DNA from: Candidatus Multivoradales bacterium
Lineage (GTDB): Bacteria; Acidobacteriota; Thermoanaerobaculia; Multivoradales; JAHEKO01
Assembly (NCBI GenBank): GCA_965223855.1
Contig: CBDCXM010000009.1
Location: forward strand, 2,193,054-2,257,053
DNA: 64,000 nucleotides
Direction: 5' to 3'
The stretch's first letter is position 1, and each line of letters opens with the position of its first letter. This document shows positions 45,325 through 54,879 of the stretch, in pieces. The position numbers were made by a program, and so were the translations under genes. The notes under the pieces are model-generated. The model did no database searches, was not told the DNA's origin, and saw nothing but the letters and a program-made list of their open reading frames with translations.

Positions 45325-46231
45325 GTCCGGCCGCCCACCTGCCGACGGCGGCGAGGACCGCCTCGTCCTCGGGGCGGATCGAGTCGAAGTACGCCGGCGC
45401 CTCGTAGTAGGCCGCGAGGACCAACGGGGCACGCTCAGGCGGCCAGACGACGGCGACATCGTTGTACTTGTTCGTCATCGTCTCGGCGACGCCCGTGCCG
45501 GTCTTGTCGCCGCTTCGCCACTCCTCAGGTAGTCCGGCCCGCAGGCGCCGACGGCCGGTACGAGTGGCGACCATCCACTCGGCGAGGGTCTCCCGTGAGG
45601 TGGAGGAGAGCAGGTCGCCGGTGACGAACCGGGCGACCGAGTGCGCCATGGCGTGCGGCGTCGTGGTGTCCCGGACTTCGCCGGCCGGGACGAGGTTCAT
45701 CTCCGGTTCGTAGCGGTCGAGGCGGGTGGTGTCGTCGCCGCTCTCGCGCAGCAGGCGGGTGAAGCCCTCGGGGCCGCCCAGGAGCTCGAGCAACAGGTTG
45801 GCGGCGACGTTGTCGCTCGTCACCTGGGTCGCCTCCGCCAGCTCGAGGACGGTCATGCTTCCCTGCTCGAGATGCTCGCTGGTGACCGGGGCGTAGAAGA
45901 CCATGTCGCCGTCGTCGAACGGCACCGCCCGGTCGCCCGCGAGCCGTCCGGCGTCGATCTCGCGCAGGACCGCGCCGGCGAGGAGCACCTTGAAGGTCGA
46001 GCACATGCCGAAGCGGCGGTGGGCGCGATGGGTCGCCGTCTCTCCGGTGGCGGTGTCGAGCAGGCAGACTCCGAGCTTGCCGCCGGCCTTGGCTTCGAGC
46101 TCGGCCGGGGTCCGAGCGGGGGTCGGTGTGACGGTTTCGCCGAGGAGCCGGCTGGTCAGGGGCAGGCCGATGAGGCCCGAGACGAGAGCGCGGCGGGTGA
46201 GTTTCACGGCGTGCGGACGCGCGCGCTGCAC
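45296..46231 (-). CDS. bla: Class A beta-lactamase, with a Tat-like signal
   Basis: 'STFK' (S70-K73) in 'GMCSTFKVLLAGAVL', 'SDN' in 'VTSDNVAANLL', omega-loop 'RYEPEMN' (E166-N170), 'KTGTG' (K234-T-G). N-terminus 'MQRARPHAVKLTRRALVSGLIGLPL' has a twin-arginine-like 'TRRALV'. Confidence 0.9.
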   Translation of the reverse strand: MQRARPHAVKLTRRALVSGLIGLPLTSRLLGETVTPTPARTPAELEAKAGGKLGVCLLDTATGETATHRAHRRFGMCSTFKVLLAGAVLREIDAGRLAGDRAVPFDDGDMVFYAPVTSEHLEQGSMTVLELAEATQVTSDNVAANLLLELLGGPEGFTRLLRESGDDTTRLDRYEPEMNLVPAGEVRDTTTPHAMAHSVARFVTGDLLSSTSRETLAEWMVATRTGRRRLRAGLPEEWRSGDKTGTGVAETMTNKYNDVAVVWPPERAPLVLAAYYEAPAYFDSIRPEDEAVLAAVGRWAAGLIPIEPATP

Positions 46232-46232
46232 C

Positions 46233-48029
46233 TCACGAGGCGGCCTCTTCGAGCGCCGCGACGACGCCGTCCTTCGTCAGCAGCTCGCCCAGCACCAGCG
46301 GCTCTCTGCCGGGGCGGTAGAGGAGGTAGAACGGGATGCCGTAGCGACCGTGGTCGGCGAGGAACTGCGCGATCGCGTCGTCGCGGTTGGTCCAGTCGGC
46401 CTTCATCGCCACCACGCCGTGGCGCTCGAAGGCGGCATCGATCTCCTCGGTCTCGAGCACCAGCCGCTCGTTGACCTTGCAGGTGAAGCACCAGTCGGCG
46501 GTGACGTCGACGAACACCAGCCGCCCTTCGGCGGCGAGCGCCTCCGCCTCGGCGCGGTCGAAGGTCACCCAGTCGAGCAGGGCGACCGTCTCAGCCGCGG
46601 CGAGCTTGCGGCCGGCGTCGCGGCCGGAGGCGGCGAAGTAGAGCGCCGCGACGATCGCCAGCAGGGTGCCGACATGGGCGAACCGGCGACGCCCGCCCGG
46701 CCGGTTGGCGAGCCAGACGAAGAGCGCCATCGCCAGCAGCGCCAGTTGCAGGAAGGCGAGCCGCTCCGGCGGCAGCTGCGCGGCGAGCACGTAGAAGAGC
46801 CACACCGCGGCGGCGGCGAGCAGGAAGCCCATCACCGTCCTGAGCGTCGCCATCCAGGCTCCGGGCTTCGGCAGCACTCGCGCCGCGCCGGGGAACGCGG
46901 CCAGCAGCAGGTAGGGGAGCGCCATGCCGACGCCGACCGCCGTGAAGACGGCGAAGATCACCGCCGGAGGCTGCGCGAGGCCGAAGGCGACGGCGGTGCC
47001 GAGGAACGGCGCCGAGCACGGCGTCGCCATCAGGGTGGCGAAGAAGCCGGAGGCGAGGTGTCCGGCGAGGCCCTCGCCGCCCCCGCCCCCACCGCGGGCC
47101 AGCCACGAGGGGAGCGGGATCTCGAACAGCCCCCACAGGTTGAGCGTGAAGAGGACGACGATGATCGCCAGCGCCGCGACGAAGGTCGGCTCCTGGAACT
47201 GCACCCCCCAGCCGACCGCCGCGCCTGCCGACTTGGCGAGCACGGCGGCGGCGGCGAGCGCCCAGAACGACAGCAGGATGCCGAGCGCGGTCGACAGAGC
47301 TCCCAGGGTGACGTGGCGCCGCCCGTCGCCGGCGCTCTTCACCAGCCCGAGGACCTTGAGCGACAGCACAGGCAGCACGCACGGCATCGCGTTGAGGATC
47401 AGGCCGCCGAGGACCGCCAGCATCAGGATCCAGCCGAGGCTGGGGTCGGACCCTCCGGAACCGCCGGAGGCTGCGACCGGGGAGGCATCCGCAGCGCGCG
47501 GCAGCGCTCCCTCGATGGGAGTGCCGCCCGCGCCCACCGTCAGTGCGACGCTCTGTCGGCTGGTCACCGGCGCGAGGCAGGAGCGGTCGTCGCACGCCTG
47601 GTAGGTGAGGGCGACCGCGGCCTCGTAGTCGCCGTTGGTGGCGGTCGGCGGCACGGTGAAGCGGACGAGGATCGCCACCTCCCCCTCGTAGACCGACAGC
47701 GGCTGCTCTTCGAAAGCGAAGGTGGCGAGCTTGCCCGGCGGGTAGTCGATGCCGTCGAGGGTCCACCCTTCCGGCAGATCGACCCTGGCCTCGGTCGGGA
47801 TGAGGTACTCGAAGGTCGGCTGGTGGCTGTTGGTGTGCCAACCCTCCTCGATCGTCATCCAGACGCCGATCGCGCCGGAGCTGCCGGCGTCGAAGGCGGT
47901 CGCCTCGGGAGCCGCACGCACCGTCGCCTTCTCGACGAGGAAACTCTGCGCTCCCAGCAGGGTCGCGACGAGGGTGAGGGGGACGAGCGCGAGGGCTCGG
48001 GCGAGCAGGCGGCGGAGCACGGCGGACAT
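46233..48029 (-). CDS. dsbD: Thiol:disulfide interchange protein DsbD
   Basis: Signal peptide plus DsbD-alpha ('LTYQACDDRSCLAP'), CcdA-like membrane core ('LNAMPCVLPVLSLK', 'ATPCSAPFL'), C-terminal thioredoxin 'DWCFTCK'. The real ATG is at 48029; the tool ORF extends artefactually to 49193, antisense to the aminotransferase. Confidence 0.85.
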   Translation of the reverse strand: MSAVLRRLLARALALVPLTLVATLLGAQSFLVEKATVRAAPEATAFDAGSSGAIGVWMTIEEGWHTNSHQPTFEYLIPTEARVDLPEGWTLDGIDYPPGKLATFAFEEQPLSVYEGEVAILVRFTVPPTATNGDYEAAVALTYQACDDRSCLAPVTSRQSVALTVGAGGTPIEGALPRAADASPVAASGGSGGSDPSLGWILMLAVLGGLILNAMPCVLPVLSLKVLGLVKSAGDGRRHVTLGALSTALGILLSFWALAAAAVLAKSAGAAVGWGVQFQEPTFVAALAIIVVLFTLNLWGLFEIPLPSWLARGGGGGGEGLAGHLASGFFATLMATPCSAPFLGTAVAFGLAQPPAVIFAVFTAVGVGMALPYLLLAAFPGAARVLPKPGAWMATLRTVMGFLLAAAAVWLFYVLAAQLPPERLAFLQLALLAMALFVWLANRPGGRRRFAHVGTLLAIVAALYFAASGRDAGRKLAAAETVALLDWVTFDRAEAEALAAEGRLVFVDVTADWCFTCKVNERLVLETEEIDAAFERHGVVAMKADWTNRDDAIAQFLADHGRYGIPFYLLYRPGREPLVLGELLTKDGVVAALEEAAS

Positions 48030-48083
48030 CGGCGGGGAGGATCGTAGCAGGGCGGAGTCGTTGTATTCTCCCCGCTCGGCCCC

Positions 48084-49295
48084 GTGCCGCCCCTCCTCAT
48101 GAGACTTTCCCGACGCGCCCGAGGAATCGGTGAATCCGCCACGCTGGGAGTGGCCCGCAAGGCGCGTGAGCTGCGGCAGCGCGGCGAGCCGGTGATCGAC
48201 CTGAGCGCGGGCGAACCCGACTTCCCGTCGCCGCCGGTGGCGGTCGAGGCCGCCCGGCAGGCGCTGGCGGACGGCTTCACCCGCTACACGCCGGCCGCCG
48301 GCATCCCGGCGTTGCGCGAGGCGCTCGCCTCCAGATACCGCGATGACTTCCGGGCGCCGTGGAAGGCAGAGGACGTGATGGTCTCGGTGGGCGGCAAGGG
48401 GGCGCTGTTCGAGCTGGCACTCGCCATCCTCGACGACGGCGACGAGGTCGTGCTCCCTTCGCCTTACTGGGTCAGCTTCCCCGAGCACATCCGCTTCTGC
48501 GGCGCAGTGCCGGTGACCGTCCCCACCCGCGTGGAGGACGGCTTCCGCATCCACGCGGCGCCGATCGTCGAGGCGCTCGGTGAGCGCACCCGCATGGTGC
48601 TCCTCAACTCGCCGTGCAACCCGACCGGCGGCATCGTCGGCGCCGAGGAGCTGAGGACGATCGTCTCGGCGGCGGCTGAGCGCGGCATCCTCGTCCTCGC
48701 CGACGAGACCTACGAACACTTCGTCTACGGCGACGAGCCGTTCGCCAGCGCCGCCGCGCTGGCGGCCGAGTTTCCCGAGACGGTGATCCTGTGCGGCTCG
48801 TTCTCGAAGACCTACGCCATGACCGGCTGGCGGCTCGGCTACGCCTTCGCTCCGCCGGAGGTGCTCGGCGCGGCGCTCGACATCCAGAGCCACGCCACGT
48901 CCAATCCGACCTCGTTCGCGATGGTCGGCGCGGTGGCGGCGCTCGAGTCGGCGGGGCCGGACGTCGAGGCGATGGTGGCCGAGTTCCGGGAGCGTCGCGC
49001 ACTCGTCAGTACGGCGCTCGACGAGATGCCCGGGGTCGCCTGTCGTCCGCCGGACGGAGCCTTCTACGTCTTTCCCGACGTCGCCGACTGTTTCGCTCCA
49101 GGGCGGAACGGCTCGGTGGAGCTGTCTGAGTACCTGCTGGAAGAGGCCAGGGTCGCCGTAGTGCCAGGAGTCGCCTTCGGTGCCGACGAGCACATCCGCC
49201 TGTCGATCGCCGCTTCGCGCGACGATCTGCGCGAGGGGCTCGACCGGATCGCCGGAGCCCTCAGCCGCCAGAGACCCGAGCCCCTGAGTCGCTGA
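48084..49295 (+). CDS. aspC: Aspartate/aromatic aminotransferase (class I PLP)
   Basis: 'IDLSAGEPDFPSP', 'LPSPYWVSFPE', PLP-lysine region 'SFSKTYAMTGWRLGY', 403 aa. Confidence 0.9.
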   Translation: MPPLLMRLSRRARGIGESATLGVARKARELRQRGEPVIDLSAGEPDFPSPPVAVEAARQALADGFTRYTPAAGIPALREALASRYRDDFRAPWKAEDVMVSVGGKGALFELALAILDDGDEVVLPSPYWVSFPEHIRFCGAVPVTVPTRVEDGFRIHAAPIVEALGERTRMVLLNSPCNPTGGIVGAEELRTIVSAAAERGILVLADETYEHFVYGDEPFASAAALAAEFPETVILCGSFSKTYAMTGWRLGYAFAPPEVLGAALDIQSHATSNPTSFAMVGAVAALESAGPDVEAMVAEFRERRALVSTALDEMPGVACRPPDGAFYVFPDVADCFAPGRNGSVELSEYLLEEARVAVVPGVAFGADEHIRLSIAASRDDLREGLDRIAGALSRQRPEPLSR

Positions 49296-49333
49296 AGCCC
49301 ATCAACTCGAAGATCGCTGTCGGAGGAATCCAC

Positions 49334-51157
49334 ATGCCCAGACCTCTCATGACCCGCCTCGCAGGGTGCCTGACCGCACTGTGCTTCAGCTTTCCAGGCT
49401 TGACCGCCCCCCTCGCGGCGTCCGACGACGCTCCGACCGCCGAAGAGGCTCGCGCCTTCGTCGAGGAGGCCAACCGGCGCCTCGCCGAGGTCTCCGAAGA
49501 GGCGGCGCGTGCCGCCTGGGTGCAGTCGAACTTCATCACCGGCGACACCGAGATCCTCGCCGCGCTCGCCAACGAGCGGGCGATCGCGGCGGCGATGGAG
49601 TACGCCACCGGCGCGGCGCGCTTCAACGACCTCGAGCTCGACGGCGAGACCCGCCGTCAGCTCGACCTGCTGCGGCTGGCGCTGACGATGCCGGCGCCCC
49701 GCGATCCCGAGGCGCTCAAGGAGCTGACGCAGATCGCCGCTTCGCTCGAGAGCCGCTACGGCGCGGGTCGCTACTGTCCCGACGGCGACGACTCCTGCCG
49801 CGACCTCGGTCAACTGTCGCAGACGATCGGTGAGAGCCGGGAGGTCGAGGAGCTGTTGGAGGCGTGGAGCGGGTGGCGGACGGTGTCGCCGGCGATGCGC
49901 GCCGACTACGAGCGCTTCGTCGAACTGTCGAACGCCGGCGCCCGCGAACTGGGGTTCGCCGACACCGGGGCGATGTGGCGTTCGAAGTACGACATGGACC
50001 CCGACGCCTTCGCAGCCGAGCTCGATCGCCTCTGGGCGCAGGTGAAGCCGCTCTACGACGAGCTCCACTGCTACGTCCGAGGGCTCCTCCGGGAGACCTA
50101 CGGCGACGCGGTCGATCCCGAGGGGCCGATCCCCGCGCATCTGCTGGGCAACATGTGGGCGCAGTCGTGGGGCAACGTCTACGATCTCGTCGCGCCGCCG
50201 GAGGAGGGGGAGGGCTTCGACCTGACGGCGGCGCTCCAGGCGAAGGGGGTCGACGCCCGCGGGATGGTGCGCTACGGCGAGGGCTTCTTCACCTCGCTCG
50301 GCCTCGACCCGCTGCCCGAGACCTTCTGGGAGCGGTCGCTTTTCACCCAGCCGCGGGATCGCGACGTCGTCTGCCACGCGAGCGCGTGGAACGTCGACAA
50401 CGTCGACGACATCCGCATCAAGATGTGCATCAAGATCGACGCCGAGGACTTCTCGACCGTCCATCACGAGCTCGGCCACAGCTTCTACCAGCGCGCCTAC
50501 AACACTCTGCCGTTCCTCTACCGCGACTCGGCCAACGACGGTTTCCACGAAGGGGTCGGCGACACCGTGGCGCTTTCGGTCACGCCGAGCTATCTCGTCG
50601 AGGTCGGGCTGCTCGACGAGGAACCTTCGGCCGACGCCGACCTCGGCGTCCTGATGCAGATGGCGCTCGACAAGGTCGCGTTCCTGCCGTTCGGCCTGCT
50701 GGTCGATCAGTGGCGCTGGAAGGTGTTCTCCGGCGAGATCGGGCCGGACGCCTACAACGCCGGCTGGTGGGAGCTGCGTGAGCGCTACCAGGGTGTCGCG
50801 GCGCCGACCGCCCGCAACGAAGAGCAGTTCGATCCCGGAGCGAAGTACCACGTCCCCGGCAACACCCCCTACACCCGCTACTTCCTCGCCCACATTCTCC
50901 AGTTCCAGCTTCACCGCTCGCTGTGCGACGCTGCCGGCTACGAAGGGCCGCTCCATCGCTGCTCGATCTACGGCAACGAGGCGGCGGGCGAGAAACTGAT
51001 CGCACTGCTCGACATGGGCCTCAGCCGCCCGTGGCAGGACGCCCTCGAGGCGACCACCGGACAGCGCGAGATGGACGCCACCGCGATCCTCGACTACTTC
51101 GCTCCGCTGGCGACGTGGCTCGAGGAGCAGAACGACGGCGCTTCGTGCGGCTGGTGA
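49334..51157 (+). CDS. Secreted M2-family zinc peptidyl-dipeptidase (angiotensin-converting-enzyme-like)
   Basis: Signal peptide 'MPRPLMTRLAGCLTALCFSFPGLTAPLAA'. 'HHELGHSFYQRAY' (HEXXH), a downstream 'FHEGVGDTVALSV' (third zinc ligand Glu), 'WRSKYD', and an ACE-like N-terminus 'EEARAFVEEANRRLAEVSEEAARAAWVQSNFITGDT'. Confidence 0.85.
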   Translation: MPRPLMTRLAGCLTALCFSFPGLTAPLAASDDAPTAEEARAFVEEANRRLAEVSEEAARAAWVQSNFITGDTEILAALANERAIAAAMEYATGAARFNDLELDGETRRQLDLLRLALTMPAPRDPEALKELTQIAASLESRYGAGRYCPDGDDSCRDLGQLSQTIGESREVEELLEAWSGWRTVSPAMRADYERFVELSNAGARELGFADTGAMWRSKYDMDPDAFAAELDRLWAQVKPLYDELHCYVRGLLRETYGDAVDPEGPIPAHLLGNMWAQSWGNVYDLVAPPEEGEGFDLTAALQAKGVDARGMVRYGEGFFTSLGLDPLPETFWERSLFTQPRDRDVVCHASAWNVDNVDDIRIKMCIKIDAEDFSTVHHELGHSFYQRAYNTLPFLYRDSANDGFHEGVGDTVALSVTPSYLVEVGLLDEEPSADADLGVLMQMALDKVAFLPFGLLVDQWRWKVFSGEIGPDAYNAGWWELRERYQGVAAPTARNEEQFDPGAKYHVPGNTPYTRYFLAHILQFQLHRSLCDAAGYEGPLHRCSIYGNEAAGEKLIALLDMGLSRPWQDALEATTGQREMDATAILDYFAPLATWLEEQNDGASCGW

Positions 51158-51200
51158 GGGTGACGGGCCTGCCGGACGCTCGACTCCGCGGCGCTGAAGG

Positions 51201-52037
51201 TTGAGCACCACCGGGCCTCGCGGGCCGTCGGGACTGCTGAGGACTGTCAGGCGGGTCGTTCGCGAGTGGCGACAGGGACGGGCGCGACGGCGGTTCCTGA
51301 AGCATCGCGGCAACGATCTCGAGGCTTTGCGCTGCCGCGTGTCCTACAACCGCTACGGCGGGTACTGCGTTCCTGATTCCTCGGCCCATCGCCCCGCGGC
51401 CCGGCGGATCCTGGCGAGCGACGTCTACGAGCCCGACACGATCGAGTACCTGCGCGCCAACTGCGGCCGGGGCGACATCGTTCATGCCGGCACCTACTTC
51501 GGTGACTTCCTGCCCGCTCTCTCGAGCGCGGTCGACGAGGAGGCACTGGTCTGGGCCTTCGAACCGAACCGTGAGAACTATCGCTGCGCGCGCGTGACCC
51601 TCGAGCTCAACGGCATTGGAAACGTGAGGTTGAGGAACGCAGGACTCGGCTCGAGGAGCGAGAGGCGCCCGTTCAGGGTGCGCGACGAGTTCGGTCGATC
51701 GCTCGGAGGTGCCAGCCGCCTTTCAGAGGTCGAGCAGGGCCGGGAACCGGGCACGGAGCTCGTCGAACTCGTCGCCATCGATGACGTCGTGAGCGAAGAC
51801 CGGCACGTCTCGTTGCTGCAGCTCGATGTGGAGGGGCACGAGAGAGAGGCGTTGATCGGCGCCCTGGGCCTCGTGGAACGCTGCCGCCCGGTGCTGGTCC
51901 TCGAGGATTTCCCGGGCAGCGGGCTCTTCGAGGGGGACTGGTTCGCCTCGTCGATCCTCAGCCTCGGCTACCGCCGCGAGCGCCGGCTCCACGGCAACGC
52001 CGTCTTCGCGCCGGAAACACCCGGCCACGCCGGCTGA
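51201..52037 (+). CDS. FkbM-family methyltransferase
   Basis: 'DIVHAGTYFGDFLPALS', 'VWAFEPNRENYRCARVTLELNGIGNVRLRNAGLG', 'SLLQLDVEGHEREALIGA' (FkbM domain). The start codon is uncertain and may be internal. Confidence 0.65.
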   Translation: MSTTGPRGPSGLLRTVRRVVREWRQGRARRRFLKHRGNDLEALRCRVSYNRYGGYCVPDSSAHRPAARRILASDVYEPDTIEYLRANCGRGDIVHAGTYFGDFLPALSSAVDEEALVWAFEPNRENYRCARVTLELNGIGNVRLRNAGLGSRSERRPFRVRDEFGRSLGGASRLSEVEQGREPGTELVELVAIDDVVSEDRHVSLLQLDVEGHEREALIGALGLVERCRPVLVLEDFPGSGLFEGDWFASSILSLGYRRERRLHGNAVFAPETPGHAG

Positions 52038-52043
52038 CCGGGC

Positions 52044-53360
52044 TCAGAGCCGGGTTCGGGTCGCCGCCAGCCCGCCTACCAGCGAGCCGCTGACGGCACC
52101 GTCGGCGGCGCCGAAGACGATCGCCGGCAGCAGGTTGCCCTCGGCGGTTCCGGCGAGGGTCGGGTGCGCGAGATCGACGACGGCGAAGTCCGCCCAGGCG
52201 TCGGGCTCGATGCGCCCCGCTTCCAGCCCCAGCGCGCCGGCGCCGCCACGGGTGGCAATCTCGAGGAGTCGCGGGGCGTTGTCGCGATCCCGGTCGAGCA
52301 CGACGCCACGCTCGCCGCGCCGCAGGCGCTGACCGTACTCGAGCAGTCGCATCTCCTCGAGCATCGAGATGCGGGCGTTCGAGTCGGTGCCGAGACACAG
52401 CGCCGCCTCCGGGTGTTCGAGGCTTTCGAACGCCGGCAGGCCGTCCCCGAGGTTGGCTTCGGTCAGAGGGCACAGACAGATGTGAGCCCCCGCAGCGGCG
52501 AAGCGCCTCACGTCCGCACTCGTCGAGTGGGTGGCATGGACGGCACAGAACTCCGGGCCCGGCTCGAGCCGATCGGTGACGAGAGCGAGCGGGCCCACGC
52601 CCCACGCCTCACGGCACTCTTCGATCTCCCGCGGCTGCTCCTCGAGGTGCATGTGGAAGACGAGGCCGCGGTTTTTGGACTCCGTGTGGAGCTCCCGGAT
52701 CTCTCCGGGGTCGGCGGCGCGGATCGAGTGGGCGACGGCGCCGAGCCTGACGGTGCTGCCGTCGGTGAGGCCCTCCAACTCGTCCATGCGGCGCCAGTAG
52801 CTCTCCGGGTCGGGAGTGGCGAACCGTTGCTGCCCGCCGGACAGCTCGGTGCCGATGCCGCCGCTCCGGTAATAAGCGACCAGCAGCGTCAGCCGCAGGC
52901 CGGTCGCGCGCGCCGCCTCGACGACGACCTCGTCGAACGCGTGATCGCGCGCCCCGGGGTCGAGGTGCCGCAGGTAGTGGAACTCGCCGACCGCCGTGAT
53001 GCCGGCGGCGCGCATTTCGCCGAACGCCCGCCGGCACCACTGTCCGAGCGTCGTCTCGTCGAGTTCCTCGACCAGGCCGTACATCGCCTCCCGCCAGCTC
53101 CAGAACGAGCCGGCGCCGGCGGGGAAGTGCTCTCCCCGGCCGCGCAGCCCGCGCTGGAAGGCGTGCGAGTGGGCGTTGACGAAGCCGGGAAGCAGAGCGC
53201 AGCCGTGGAGCCGCTCGTCCGCCTCGACGCCGAGGGCACCGCAGCGGGCGATACGCCCGTCCCCGTCGATCTCGACCTGGAAGTCGCGCTGCCAGCGGCC
53301 GTCCGCCCAGGCGAGCTGAGCTTCGAGGGTTCTCGTCCTGCCGCTTTCCGGCGAGCTCAT
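52044..53360 (-). CDS. Amidohydrolase-superfamily deaminase (formimidoylglutamate deiminase HutF / guanine-deaminase-like)
   Basis: 'LPGFVNAHSHAFQRGLRGRGE' (metal-binding HxH), 'VHATHSTSADV', 'CLCPLTEANLGDG', 'LGTDSNARISMLEEMRLLEY'. The real ATG is at 53360 and overlaps the argE-like stop. Confidence 0.75.
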   Translation of the reverse strand: MSSPESGRTRTLEAQLAWADGRWQRDFQVEIDGDGRIARCGALGVEADERLHGCALLPGFVNAHSHAFQRGLRGRGEHFPAGAGSFWSWREAMYGLVEELDETTLGQWCRRAFGEMRAAGITAVGEFHYLRHLDPGARDHAFDEVVVEAARATGLRLTLLVAYYRSGGIGTELSGGQQRFATPDPESYWRRMDELEGLTDGSTVRLGAVAHSIRAADPGEIRELHTESKNRGLVFHMHLEEQPREIEECREAWGVGPLALVTDRLEPGPEFCAVHATHSTSADVRRFAAAGAHICLCPLTEANLGDGLPAFESLEHPEAALCLGTDSNARISMLEEMRLLEYGQRLRRGERGVVLDRDRDNAPRLLEIATRGGAGALGLEAGRIEPDAWADFAVVDLAHPTLAGTAEGNLLPAIVFGAADGAVSGSLVGGLAATRTRL

Positions 53361-54505
53361 CGCGGCCTGGCTCCGCAGAAGCGCTCGATCAGGTCGTCGA
53401 CCACCGCACCGAGCTTCTCGAATTCGTGCTTCGGCAGGTACTCGTTCGGCTGGTGAGCCACCTCGATCGAGCCGGCGCCGAAGAGCACGCAGTCGAAGCC
53501 CGCCCGCGACAGGGCGCCGGCGTCGCTCGAGAATGACGCCCCCAGATCGCGCGATTCCCCCGATGTTGCCCGGAGCGCCTCGAGCAGCGGTGCGTCGGCC
53601 CGCGTCTCGAGGGCGGGGCTCTCGTTGTCGATCGCGAGCTCCCAGTCGCTCCCTCCGAGCGCCGGCTCGAGGGTTCGGCGCACCCGCTCGGCGACGCTCG
53701 CGCCGTCCATCCCCGGCATCAACCGGACGCCGATCTCGAGCCGGCACCGTTCGGGGATGACGTTGACGGCACTGCCGCCGTCGATCCGCCCGACGTTGAG
53801 GGCGGCGAAAGGCACCTCCGGGAACTGCTCGGCATGGGAGGTCTCGGCGCGCAGACTCGCCGCCAGAACGTCCAGCGCGGTGATCGCGCGGCCGGCGGGA
53901 ACGATGGCGCTTCGCCCTCGATCGGGGTAGCCGCTGTGGGCGCTCCTGCCGGAAATCTCGAGTCCCAGCCGCAGGTGCCCCTTGTGAAGCCGTACCGGCT
54001 GGAGCTCGGTCGGCTCGCCGACCAGAACCTGCCTGGGGATGGGGCGATCGCCGTGCTCGCGCACCCAGTGCTGCGCACCCCTGGAGCCCACCTCCTCGTC
54101 GGAGGTGAGGAGCACTCCCAGCGGAGCCTGGAGTTGCGTGGCATCGAGCCGGCGGAAGCGATCGATCGCCAGGGCGACGAACCCCTTCATGTCGCACGCT
54201 CCGCGCGCCGTCCAGCGATCGCCGCCGTCCGTCAACTCCCAGGGATCACTCTCCCACCCCGGCTCGTCGGCGGGAACGACGTCGAGGTGACCGTTCAGGA
54301 GCAGCCCTGCGCGCTCCGTATCCCGCGGTCCGCGCAGCAGCAGTACGTTGGCCTTGCGGCCGGAGTCGTAGGGCTGAACGGTGGTCTCGTCGTCGGCGGC
54401 TCCGGCTCGGGTGACGACCCATTCGGCCAGCTCCCGGGAGGGAGCCGCGCTCACCGAACGGCAGGCGACGAGGTCGCGAAACAGGGAGACGACGTCGTTC
54501 GCCAC
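53357..54505 (-). CDS. M20-family deacylase (acetylornithine deacetylase ArgE-like)
   Basis: 'LLLNGHLDVVPADEPGWESDPWELTDGGDRWTARGACDMKG', 'LTSDEEVGSRGA', 382 aa. Confidence 0.85.
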   Translation of the reverse strand: MANDVVSLFRDLVACRSVSAAPSRELAEWVVTRAGAADDETTVQPYDSGRKANVLLLRGPRDTERAGLLLNGHLDVVPADEPGWESDPWELTDGGDRWTARGACDMKGFVALAIDRFRRLDATQLQAPLGVLLTSDEEVGSRGAQHWVREHGDRPIPRQVLVGEPTELQPVRLHKGHLRLGLEISGRSAHSGYPDRGRSAIVPAGRAITALDVLAASLRAETSHAEQFPEVPFAALNVGRIDGGSAVNVIPERCRLEIGVRLMPGMDGASVAERVRRTLEPALGGSDWELAIDNESPALETRADAPLLEALRATSGESRDLGASFSSDAGALSRAGFDCVLFGAGSIEVAHQPNEYLPKHEFEKLGAVVDDLIERFCGARPR

Positions 54506-54879
54506 CCGGCTAGGTTAAGCCTCGCGCCGCGAGGGAGCAAGGCAGGGCGGCGAGTTGGCGGCTCGATGTGACTTCTGCGCGGCACGTCGGTCACAAGGGT
54601 TGAAAGCGCCGGTTGCGGCCGGCGCACCCAAGGAGATCGACGGTCGTGACGCCCTCACCAACGTATCGGACGCTATGCGCCCCGGGGCCCCTTTCCTCGG
54701 TTGGTGAACCGGACCGGCTCCCGTGCCCATTCAGCGCGGGGTTCTCTCTCGGTTCTCGCGGGCCCGTCCGCGAGGACCTCTCTCCTCTTGGTGGGTAGCC
54801 CGGTCTCAAAGGCCGGGCTGCCCGCCGATTTTCGAGCGCCCGGGACGTAGCCGGGACGCACCGGCGGCCCCGGTGCCGC

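Noticed and set aside
45903-48047. 714-aa plus-strand ORF opposite dsbD
   Set aside because: DsbD motifs (the CcdA core and the WCFTCK thioredoxin) are on the minus strand. The plus-strand product is R/E/G-rich with no motifs.
48030-49193. N-terminal 388 aa of tool ORF 46233..49193 (a 986-aa 'DsbD')
   Set aside because: That part is antisense to the aspartate aminotransferase gene and has no DsbD similarity. The true dsbD ATG at 48029 gives a 599-aa protein with a proper signal peptide.
54506-54879. tRNA or other small-RNA gene in the argE/aconitase divergent region ('gtggtacgatcccgg' resembles a T-arm)
   Set aside because: No acceptor, D-arm or anticodon-arm arrangement could be built around it. 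It is treated as a structured leader or promoter region only.
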